56,400 nt of DNA, taken from contig CANQUT010000005.1 in assembly GCA_947627105.1 (NCBI GenBank), positions 1-56,400 on the forward strand. Direction: 5' to 3'. The notes under the pieces were generated by a model. The model ran no database searches and was not told the DNA's origin. It worked only from the letters and a program-made list of their open reading frames with translations. The DNA comes from an uncultured Clostridia bacterium (GTDB taxonomy: Bacteria; Bacillota; Clostridia; TANB77; CAG-508). This document shows, in pieces, positions 1 to 8,439 of the stretch (positions are counted from its first letter, which is position 1; each line of letters opens with the position of its first letter). The position numbers and the translations under genes are program-made.

Positions 1-44
1 TGCCTATTTTTCAATATTTAGTTTAAAAATATTTGAAAAATTTT

Positions 45-365
45 TTATTTTTCTATTGACATATTACCTACTGTCTTATACATATATTTATCTAGATCAA
101 CTTTGTAATTATTAACAACTATTCCTTCTCTTTCCAATTTTTCTCTTTGCTTTTCTATTCCACCAAAGGCAAAATGCCTTGATAAATTTCCTTTGCTATT
201 TACAACTTTATAGCAAGGATATTTATATTCATCTGGATTATTATGAAGAATATTTCCAACGGCTCTCGCAAGCTTTTTATTGCCCAAATATTCTGCTATT
301 TGTCCATAAGTTACTACTTTTCCTTTTGGAATTGTTCTTAAAAATTCATATACTTTTTCGTTCAT
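45..365 (-). CDS. MGMT-family protein (methylated-DNA-protein-cysteine methyltransferase DNA-binding domain)
   Basis: ORF 45..377. YPCYKVVNSKG resembles the PCHRV active-site loop of Ogt/Ada C-terminal domains. GGAG 6 nt upstream of the second ATG (365) favours that start. Confidence 0.6.
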   Translation of the reverse strand: MNEKVYEFLRTIPKGKVVTYGQIAEYLGNKKLARAVGNILHNNPDEYKYPCYKVVNSKGNLSRHFAFGGIEKQREKLEREGIVVNNYKVDLDKYMYKTVGNMSIEK

Positions 366-453
366 TGTTTTCTCCATAACAAATTACTACACTTTTCTGG
401 CTAAATTATATCAAACGCTCAAATAATTGTAAATAATAACTTGCCATATAAAA

Positions 454-1098
454 TTAACTAATTCTATAATGTCCTATTATATAGTTTGAATCATACATTT
501 CCAATATATCTTCTTCATAATTAATTTGTATTGGACTTGCATGATGTATTAAAAAAGGAACACCATTTTTGTTTCTTTTATTAGATATAATTCCTATGTG
601 GTCTTCAAATACAATTATATCTCCGCCTTGCCACTCTTCTATTTTTGATAAATCTGTAGTAAGTGAAATACTATTTCTCTTAAAATAAATGTTTAAGTTC
701 TTTACTCTTCTAAAATCAATGTTTTTGTCTATAGTTTCTATGTTATAAGCTATTTTATTATTTATTATATCTTCATTTACTAATTGCATCAAGTCATATC
801 CTGCATCTTTTAGTGCAAATGCAACAACATCTGTACAAACTCCATATTCATCATCTGGATAGCCAGATGCATAATATTTACTTTGATATTTTGGTTTTGT
901 TTTAACATATTGTTTAGCATTATCTAATATTTCAGTTTGATCATCTATTCCATCACCATCTTTGTCTATACTGCTTATATATGTTGCAATGTTAAAATCA
1001 CTATTAGCATATTCTTCTTTTTTAGGAATATTTAAAATTAATATTCCTAAAATAAGAATTATACTTATTATAAAAACTATTACTAATACTTTCTTCAT
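454..1098 (-). CDS. DUF1287-like membrane-anchored protein
   Basis: 214-aa ORF with N-terminal TM segment. GVCTDVVAFALKDAGYDL block is typical of DUF1287 proteins. GGAG RBS 7 nt upstream. Confidence 0.55.
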   Translation of the reverse strand: MKKVLVIVFIISIILILGILILNIPKKEEYANSDFNIATYISSIDKDGDGIDDQTEILDNAKQYVKTKPKYQSKYYASGYPDDEYGVCTDVVAFALKDAGYDLMQLVNEDIINNKIAYNIETIDKNIDFRRVKNLNIYFKRNSISLTTDLSKIEEWQGGDIIVFEDHIGIISNKRNKNGVPFLIHHASPIQINYEEDILEMYDSNYIIGHYRIS

Positions 1099-1210
1099 AC
1101 TTTTGCTCCAATAATTATTTTATATTAACATTTTAACATAGAATATTAGTATATAGTTTGTTTTTAATAAAATATTAATATTTTCTAATATTATTAAACT
1201 TTACATAAAT

Positions 1211-1239
1211 TTGACTTTTCTAGTTTATTTTGATAAAAT
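1211..1239 (+). promoter_or_regulatory. candidate sigma-A promoter for hflK/hflC-like genes
   Basis: TTGACT (1211-1216), 17-nt spacer, TAAAAT (1234-1239) preceded by TGA (extended -10-like). Confidence 0.4.
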
Positions 1240-1347
1240 AGCTATATGAGATTTTCTCAAATTTTTTAAAAGGAGGCTATAGTTTTTTTGTCCCATTCAA
1301 AGTTAGTAAAACATTATTAACCAATAAAAGAAAGGAAAGTAATCAAA

Positions 1348-2382
1348 ATGTTTATTCTGTTAATGCTCGTATTGCTCGTAGTAGCAGCAGTGGTAGGAAA
1401 AGTCATTAAAAATGTCATTGATAAAGAAGAAAAGAGGCATAGAGAAGTTTATAGTTATGAGTCAGACTCCTACGCAAGTTCCAAAAAGAAGTTATCAATT
1501 ATAATGCGGATTGCATATGGAGTTATATGTGGTCTTATAGTTGTAGTTGGTATCTTCTCTAGTATTTTCTTCACAAACGAACAGCAAATTGGTTTTACTG
1601 TCTTTTTTGGAAAAACTTCCAGAATTGAATCTTCTGGTATGCATTTCGTTTTTCCGTTTTTTAGTCAAAAGCATATATATGATGCCACTACACAGGGCAT
1701 GGCTATTGGCTATTCGGAAGATACAGACGAAACAGTCGAAAAAGATAGCTTAATGATTACATCTGATTTCAACTTTGTGAATATCGATTTCTATTTGGAA
1801 TATCGTATTTCGGATCCGATTGAATATCATTATGGAACTGATGACCCAGAAGGAGTATTAAGAAATATTGCTCAATCTGCCATTCGAAATACCGTTGGGC
1901 AATTTGCTGTTGACTCTGTAATGACAACTGGAAAATCAGAAATAGAAATGTTGGTTTTCGAAGACATTGTCCAAGAACTAAGCGAACATCATACTGGCCT
2001 TACTGTACTAAATGTAACAATTCAGGATGCAGAGCCTCCTACATCTAAAGTTGCAAGTGCATTTACTGCTGTAGAAAATGCAAAACAACATGCAGAAGAA
2101 GTTATTAATGAGGCTCATGAGTATGAGAATACTCAAATTCCTGCCGCTGAAGCAAATGCAGAGCAAATTAAGCAAGCTGCAAATGCTACAAAAACAGAAC
2201 GTGAAAATGCGGCTAAAGAAGAAGTAGCAAGATTCAATGCATTGTTTCAAGAATATCAAAATAACCCCGAAACAGTAAAAGATAGACTTTACTATGAAGC
2301 TTTGGAAGAAATCATGCCGAATATGGAAATCATAATTGGTGAAGACTCCAAAGTGATATATGTAAAGGGTAAAAACAATTAA
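1348..2382 (+). CDS. hflK: SPFH/band-7 domain protein, HflK-like
   Basis: 344-aa ORF with N-terminal TM, then SPFH-like core and Ala/Glu-rich coiled C-terminus. Paired with an HflC-like gene. Visibly higher G+C and different codon usage than neighbours. Contains in-frame CGG at 1507. Confidence 0.7.
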   Translation: MFILLMLVLLVVAAVVGKVIKNVIDKEEKRHREVYSYESDSYASSKKKLSIIMRIAYGVICGLIVVVGIFSSIFFTNEQQIGFTVFFGKTSRIESSGMHFVFPFFSQKHIYDATTQGMAIGYSEDTDETVEKDSLMITSDFNFVNIDFYLEYRISDPIEYHYGTDDPEGVLRNIAQSAIRNTVGQFAVDSVMTTGKSEIEMLVFEDIVQELSEHHTGLTVLNVTIQDAEPPTSKVASAFTAVENAKQHAEEVINEAHEYENTQIPAAEANAEQIKQAANATKTERENAAKEEVARFNALFQEYQNNPETVKDRLYYEALEEIMPNMEIIIGEDSKVIYVKGKNN

Positions 2383-2436
2383 CAACAAAAAATGCATAAA
2401 AACTTTATTATTACTTTTTAGGAGGTATAACTTCTT

Positions 2437-3306
2437 ATGAAAAAAAATATCATTGCAATTGTTCTTGGCATAGTTGCCATTTTAGCAATTGCCTTTATAG
2501 GTGACATTGTCAACTATAATGTAGAAAATCAAAACATTTTGGTGGTTCAGTTCGGTGAGATTATCGATTTAAAGGAAAAGCCTGGCATTTTCTTAAAGGC
2601 TCCGATTATTCAGAGCACTAAGAGAATCTACGTTGGCGAGCGGCTATATGATATGCCTGCTTCAGATGTAATTACGTCTGATAAAAGAAGTATGATAGCC
2701 GATTGCTACGTAACTTGGAAAATCAGCGATACTATAAAATATTACCAATCACTTTCTTCCGAGAGTGTAGCTCAGAGCAGAATTGACGTGGCAGTTTACA
2801 ATGCTATGAAAAATGTGATAAGCTCTATGACGCAAAATGAAACTATTAGCGGGAAAGATGGCTCACTTGGAAGGGAAATTTTAAGTAAGGTTACAAGTTT
2901 GTCTCAGTATGGCATCGTCATTACTGAAATTGAAATGAAACTGCTTGATCTTCCTGATGAAAACAAAGAAGCCGTCTATAATCGCATGATTTCTGAGCGT
3001 AATGTCATTGCCGCTGAATATGAAGCAAATGGCCAGCGTGACTCTCAAAATATTAAAAGTGCTACAGACGCAACTGTAAGAAAAACTATATCTGAAGCAC
3101 AGGTCATAGCCGCTAATACGGAGGCAGAGGGAGAAACTGAATATTTCAGAATTCTTGCAGATGCCTATTCATCTTCAGCTGAAAGGCAGGAATTTTATAA
3201 TTACCTTATTGGCTTAGATGCTATGAAAGCTTCCCTTGCTAATGGTGGAGTAATTGTTATAGATGAGAATTCACCGCTTTATGACGTTTTAAACAATAAG
3301 CACTAA
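2437..3306 (+). CDS. hflC: SPFH/band-7 domain protein, HflC-like
   Basis: 289-aa ORF with AGGAGG RBS, N-terminal TM and SPFH core. In-frame CGG at 2641 encodes an Arg in ...YVGERLYD.... Confidence 0.7.
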   Translation: MKKNIIAIVLGIVAILAIAFIGDIVNYNVENQNILVVQFGEIIDLKEKPGIFLKAPIIQSTKRIYVGERLYDMPASDVITSDKRSMIADCYVTWKISDTIKYYQSLSSESVAQSRIDVAVYNAMKNVISSMTQNETISGKDGSLGREILSKVTSLSQYGIVITEIEMKLLDLPDENKEAVYNRMISERNVIAAEYEANGQRDSQNIKSATDATVRKTISEAQVIAANTEAEGETEYFRILADAYSSSAERQEFYNYLIGLDAMKASLANGGVIVIDENSPLYDVLNNKH

Positions 3307-3339
3307 CTTGACAAGTAAAAAACAATAGCAAAATCTTTT

Positions 3340-3372
3340 ACTCCCTGGTGCAATTAATTTGCATCAGGGAGT
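3340..3372. terminator. bidirectional hairpin between convergent genes
   Basis: ACTCCCTGGTGCA / TGCATCAGGGAGT 13-bp stem (one G-T pair), 7-nt loop, T/A-rich flanks on both sides. Confidence 0.5.
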
Positions 3373-4263
3373 TTATATATATTCATCTTTTAACTTTCCA
3401 AGTCCAAGTTTTATTATTTTATTTTTAATTAACATTTCTTTTAACTTCTTTTGTAAAGAAGTTTCTTCTGGCAATTGATAAAAATTATCACATTCATTTA
3501 AGTCAAATACAAAATTTAAAATATCTTCTATTCCATCATCTTGTTCTATTACATCAAATAAGTTATAAAACTTTGCAATATTTGAGTTATCATCTACAAT
3601 TTGTCTTACTTGTTTACTTAATAGCCATGAATTACAAAAATATTCTGGTTTTTCTAGTCCAAAATATTGTTTTATCTTGTCTACAGACTGTTCCAAAGAT
3701 TCTATAACTTTTGAACTTTCTAACTTGCTTCCGCTTGGAATATGTATTTTGATACAATTCTTTTTCTCATTTTCATTCATAGGATTATATTTTACCAATT
3801 CATATTGTAGTCTTCCTACTTCTATAATTCTAATATTGACAAAATATGCTCCCCATAACATTTGTGATATTCTAATTCCATTATAATTTCTTATTTTAAT
3901 ATCATTAGTTAAAGACTCTATTACTCTTTTTTTATTTAATTCTATTTGTTCACTATCCAATTTTGTTTTTTTTATATTCATTTGATGAAATTCATAGCCA
4001 GATAGTAATAAAACATTTGTTATATATGGATTTTTAATTTCATTAAACAATTTAGCATTTTCTTTAACTTTCCACAAGTCTTTAATTTTATCTGTTTTGT
4101 CAACAAATAAAATTTCAAATACATTATTGGCAGTGTTCTTTTGTTTTGGATTATTATTTAATTCATCTACACATTGATAGCATTTCTCTTTATATTCTGT
4201 AGAATCTATTTCATAAAATTTTAAAGCTTTTTCAATTTTACTTTTAGTAATCATATCTTCCAT
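3373..4263 (-). CDS. hypothetical protein, possibly GNAT-like acyltransferase-domain family
   Basis: 296-aa ORF with RBS. C-terminal half (IHIPSG...CNSWLLSKQ) recalls the GNAT-like C-terminal domain family. Weak recognition only. Confidence 0.3.
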   Translation of the reverse strand: MEDMITKSKIEKALKFYEIDSTEYKEKCYQCVDELNNNPKQKNTANNVFEILFVDKTDKIKDLWKVKENAKLFNEIKNPYITNVLLLSGYEFHQMNIKKTKLDSEQIELNKKRVIESLTNDIKIRNYNGIRISQMLWGAYFVNIRIIEVGRLQYELVKYNPMNENEKKNCIKIHIPSGSKLESSKVIESLEQSVDKIKQYFGLEKPEYFCNSWLLSKQVRQIVDDNSNIAKFYNLFDVIEQDDGIEDILNFVFDLNECDNFYQLPEETSLQKKLKEMLIKNKIIKLGLGKLKDEYI

Positions 4264-4319
4264 TATTTAATCCTACCTTTTCAATGTACTATTATTATTT
4301 TATAGTCGATATGCAAACT

Positions 4320-4835
4320 TTAATTTTGTTGCTTGTTTAGTAACATTGAATCTACATCATCAACTAATATTGCATTTACTCCAATATCTTTTAGCATAAT
4401 AATATTTTCTTCAATATCATCTACAAATAATATTTCATTTAAATTGCAATTATTTACTTTTTGAATAATTTTAACAGCAGCTACTTTACGTTCTTGTGAT
4501 TCACTTGCTATAATTTCTATATCATTGCCATAATATTTATGAACAAAATTTTCTTTTGCTTTTAAGTGAAATGAAAATTTCATTCCACTTAAGCAGTAGA
4601 TTTTAATACCTTTATTTCTTAACATATTAATTAATTTATATAGTGAATCAGATCTATAGCATGGCTCTATAACATCATAAAATGAATCCGGATTTAAATA
4701 TGCTTTTAAAAAGTAGTTTAAAAATTTTTCTTCACTTTCTCTACGATGCTTTGAAAATTCCTTGTCTTTGTGGATAGCTAAAGTATTATCAAAATCAAAA
4801 ATTGCTACTTTTAAGTTATTTATATCAGTTTTCAT
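4320..4835 (-). CDS. HAD-superfamily hydrolase
   Basis: FDFDNTL motif I near the N-terminus and VDD motif near the C-terminus. AGAGGTGG RBS 5 nt before the ATG at 4835, so the ORF-track GTG at 4844 lies inside the RBS. Confidence 0.65.
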   Translation of the reverse strand: MKTDINNLKVAIFDFDNTLAIHKDKEFSKHRRESEEKFLNYFLKAYLNPDSFYDVIEPCYRSDSLYKLINMLRNKGIKIYCLSGMKFSFHLKAKENFVHKYYGNDIEIIASESQERKVAAVKIIQKVNNCNLNEILFVDDIEENIIMLKDIGVNAILVDDVDSMLLNKQQN

Positions 4836-4891
4836 GTATGCCACCTCTTATTTATCTTTTATTAATAATGGATTGTTCTTTTCTATAAATA

Positions 4892-5866
4892 TTAATTTTG
4901 CATAAATATTTGTTGTCCATTAATCAAATTATAATTTATTAACTCATTACTATTTAAGTTTTCTTTGTTCATATCTATTCCACTAATTTGGCTATTTTCA
5001 TAAGTTGTATAATAATATATTCCTTTATCCATGTTGCAACAAGAACTGTAAATAGTTATTTCATATTTTTCCTCTCCCATATGAACGCATCCTCTTTGTT
5101 GATATACAGATTCTAGTATATGGAAAAATTGGCTTATACTTTCTGATTCCGAATTTCCAGAAATTGAATTCATTTTAGTAAATGTTGCTTTTACAAATCT
5201 AGAGGCAGATGATAAATCTCCTGGTAGTCCCATTGCACCCATTCCACGGCTATATGTTTCTAAATTTAATTGCTTTGAAAAATTGTTTATTGGTTGTTCA
5301 GTCGATAAACTCATATAATTGTTTAAATTAAACAATTGAATATCAAAAGTTGGATTATTAGTAAGAACTCCAACTGGATTATCATATACTTTTAATCCAT
5401 CTTTAACACTTTCAACAGTTATAGATTTTTCTTTATCTGCTATTATCCAATGTAATGGTGAGGCTGGTAATTCATTACTAAAATTGATATTTGCAATGTT
5501 TATATTTTCTAATAGTTTTTTTGTTTCTTCAATAGTTGAACATTGAGATAGTACATATGGTATAAATTCAAATGGTGCTATATTGTTTTTACCTTCTTTT
5601 ATCTCCTTATAATCAGCATTTACAGGAAAGTTTAATCCAGCCATTCCTAAACCTTTTTCATTTATAGCATCATAATAAAGTGGGTAGTTGTTTGCAACAT
5701 ATGCCATTCCTATAATTGCATAATGATTGTTTATGCTTTCTACTTCTCTAAAATTAAACTCATAATTTCTAGGTGTTATAGTAATTGTTTCTTTATATGA
5801 ATATTCTAAATCTAAATTTCTTCCAAAATAATGATTATTTGTAGCATAAGTTATTGCTGTACACAT
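4892..5866 (-). CDS. choloylglycine (bile salt) hydrolase / linear amide C-N hydrolase, Ntn family
   Basis: 324 aa starting MCTAITY (catalytic Cys2 of Ntn hydrolases), FGRNLD block, length typical of the BSH/PVA family. AGGAGG RBS. Confidence 0.85.
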   Translation of the reverse strand: MCTAITYATNNHYFGRNLDLEYSYKETITITPRNYEFNFREVESINNHYAIIGMAYVANNYPLYYDAINEKGLGMAGLNFPVNADYKEIKEGKNNIAPFEFIPYVLSQCSTIEETKKLLENINIANINFSNELPASPLHWIIADKEKSITVESVKDGLKVYDNPVGVLTNNPTFDIQLFNLNNYMSLSTEQPINNFSKQLNLETYSRGMGAMGLPGDLSSASRFVKATFTKMNSISGNSESESISQFFHILESVYQQRGCVHMGEEKYEITIYSSCCNMDKGIYYYTTYENSQISGIDMNKENLNSNELINYNLINGQQIFMQN

Positions 5867-5871
5867 ATTAT

Positions 5872-6633
5872 TTATTCCTCCTTATTTAAAATATTATTTT
5901 CCATAACTTTATGTACTTGCTCTTTTAAATTTTCAATACTATCTTTTTTATTTTCATTTTCAGCTGTATACATTATAGGCTCTAGTATTTTCATTGTAAC
6001 ATCTTTTTTCTTTTTGAATAATTTTCTTATTCCTTTTGGATTTCTAAAAGTAATTACTATTGGAATAACAGGAACATTGTTTTTTATTGCAAAATTAAAT
6101 GCTCCATCTTTAAAGTTTCTTATTTTTTCATGATAAGGCCATAAGGCTTTTTCAGGGTAAAAATGTATTATTTTGCCATTTTGTAAAGCATTATTTATTT
6201 CTTTTACAAAATATACTTCATTATTTATTTTAGTAGGAATAGGTACTGCTCTTAATAGTTTTATTAATCTTCTTATAAAAGGAATTTTAAAACTTCCTTC
6301 TCTTGTTGTAAAATATATCTTTTTAAGTCCAAAAGCTAATCCTACCATGCTACAATCTAAAAATAAAACATGATTTGAAACGCTTACTGCACCTGTTTTT
6401 AAATTTTTAATATTTTCTTTTCCTTCTATTTTTAAATCATATACTATTTTATTTAAAATTGTTAAAACTGGAAATGCTACACCATAATATAATAAGTTAG
6501 AGAAAAATGAAAATATTTTTCCTTCATTAATGAATTGATATTTTTCATCTATGTTTAATTCTAATGGCTCATACATGTGAATAATATCTTCATTTTCATC
6601 TTGTAATAATTCTTCTTCAACTAAATTTTCCAC
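5872..6633 (-). CDS. 1-acyl-sn-glycerol-3-phosphate acyltransferase family protein
   Basis: NHVLFLD (HX4D acyltransferase motif) and FPEKALW-like motif. GTG start overlaps the stop of the upstream glycosyltransferase by 1 nt, with GAGGT RBS. Confidence 0.7.
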   Translation of the reverse strand: MENLVEEELLQDENEDIIHMYEPLELNIDEKYQFINEGKIFSFFSNLLYYGVAFPVLTILNKIVYDLKIEGKENIKNLKTGAVSVSNHVLFLDCSMVGLAFGLKKIYFTTREGSFKIPFIRRLIKLLRAVPIPTKINNEVYFVKEINNALQNGKIIHFYPEKALWPYHEKIRNFKDGAFNFAIKNNVPVIPIVITFRNPKGIRKLFKKKKDVTMKILEPIMYTAENENKKDSIENLKEQVHKVMENNILNKEE

Positions 6634-7766
6634 TATATATTACCTCTATTTAATTCTTTTATAACAATATTTGTTATTTTATCACAAGTATCTTTTGCTA
6701 TATATTTTTCTTGGTTTTCTACTAATTTATTTTGCAATTTTAAGTTTTCTAATAATTCTTTTGTACTATTAACCACTTGCTCAATATTTTCACATTTTAT
6801 AGACATATTTCTTTCAAAAAAGAAATTAGCATTATAGTTTTCGCATCCTGGAATTGGCATTATATGAACAAGTGGCCTTCTCATAGTTGCAATTTCTGTA
6901 GTTGTTAGTCCTCCTGGTTTAGTAAGTATAATTTTAGAAATTGCCATATATTTGCCTAATTCATTACAATATGGAAGGGCTATAACTCTTTCATTATTTT
7001 TATATTCACTATTAAGAAAACTAGCTAATTCATTATTTGTACCACAAGAAATAATAAATGTTACATCTTTAATATTTTCTAATAATTTTCTTGTTATTTC
7101 CTTTACATTTCCAAACCCCATACTTCCATTTAATATTAAAACATAATCTTTATTAATATCTAAATTAAGCTGTTTTTTTGTTTCTTGTATATTATAGTCT
7201 TTTCTATATTGCTTCATTACAGGTATTCCTAAAGGCAATAATTTTTGTTCTTCTATGCCCTTATCTGTAAAGTCTGATTCTAAGTCTTTACTTGGAATAA
7301 TAAAATAATCTGGACTGGTTTCTTCCCAAAAAGGTATGCTTACATAGTCTGTTGCAACTTGCATAAAGCGAATATTATGTTTTTTCTTAATTGCTGTTAA
7401 TGCTTGTGCTGCAAATAAGTGTGTAGTTACTATGAAATTATAATCATTATCTTTTATATATTTATATAGTTTTTCCTTATTTAAACTATTAAGAAAGTAT
7501 ACAGGAGATTTTAGTTTAGTTTTTTCATAAATTCTTCCTAAACTATATATTTTCTTAAACATCTTTCCATTTTTATTTGTAGATTTTATATATAAATTAT
7601 TAATTTTATCTTTTAATTTTGGATTAATAATTTCTAAATATTCTTTAAAATCTGCCTGTATATTTTTTGAAAGTAATTCTTCTTGTATTGCTTTTGCTGC
7701 TGCGTTATGTCCTCCACCTGTTCCACATGATAATATTAAAACTTTGCTACATTTATTACTACTCAT
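6633..7766 (-). CDS. GT28-type diacylglycerol glycosyltransferase (MGDG-synthase-like)
   Basis: 377 aa. N-terminal ILSCGTGGGHNAAAKAI motif and C-terminal KPGGLTTTE motif are typical of the MGDG synthase/UgtP-like family. Confidence 0.7.
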   Translation of the reverse strand: MSSNKCSKVLILSCGTGGGHNAAAKAIQEELLSKNIQADFKEYLEIINPKLKDKINNLYIKSTNKNGKMFKKIYSLGRIYEKTKLKSPVYFLNSLNKEKLYKYIKDNDYNFIVTTHLFAAQALTAIKKKHNIRFMQVATDYVSIPFWEETSPDYFIIPSKDLESDFTDKGIEEQKLLPLGIPVMKQYRKDYNIQETKKQLNLDINKDYVLILNGSMGFGNVKEITRKLLENIKDVTFIISCGTNNELASFLNSEYKNNERVIALPYCNELGKYMAISKIILTKPGGLTTTEIATMRRPLVHIMPIPGCENYNANFFFERNMSIKCENIEQVVNSTKELLENLKLQNKLVENQEKYIAKDTCDKITNIVIKELNRGNI

Positions 7767-7889
7767 TTTTTCCTCTTATACATATTAATTTAATTTACAT
7801 TTATAATAATAACATAAAAATAAGTGACTAGCAATATAGTCACTTATAATTTACTTACCTATTTTATTCATAGCATTTTTAAATTATTT

Positions 7890-8429
7890 TTATTGTAATA
7901 ATTCATTTACATTTTTTATAAAAATTGCACTTTCTATTAAATCAATTACTGAGTATACTAACATTATAATACCTACAGTTAGAACTAATGCTCCATTTTG
8001 GAATAACATATATATACCACCAATTATCATAATAATAGATAATATTAATGATACACTCCACATATTTATTTGTGCTGTACGTAATTTTAATGAGAATGAT
8101 AATCTTACAAGACCACTATATATTATCCACAATGATATCATAATTCTAAGCATAGATTCTATTAATCCACTGCAAAATATAGTAACTAATCCAATAATAA
8201 TTGCAATTATTCCATAAATTAAATCATAATTATAGAAATCATATTTTCCCTTTGATGCAAAATAATCTATACTTTTAATAATTCCTATAACAATAAACAT
8301 TCCACCTAAAACATAAGATATTACTTTAAGTGCTGCATCTGTTTTTACAATCATAAATATACCAATTATGGCAAATACTATAGATACTAATATATCTGAC
8401 CAACCTGATTTTTTCAAAAAATTTTTCAT
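7890..8429 (-). CDS. HdeD/DUF308-like multi-pass membrane protein
   Basis: 179 aa, six hydrophobic segments with repeated G-x-x-x-I/L-I-x-G pattern. AGGAGG RBS. Confidence 0.5.
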   Translation of the reverse strand: MKNFLKKSGWSDILVSIVFAIIGIFMIVKTDAALKVISYVLGGMFIVIGIIKSIDYFASKGKYDFYNYDLIYGIIAIIIGLVTIFCSGLIESMLRIMISLWIIYSGLVRLSFSLKLRTAQINMWSVSLILSIIMIIGGIYMLFQNGALVLTVGIIMLVYSVIDLIESAIFIKNVNELLQ

Positions 8430-8439
8430 ATTTTTCCTC

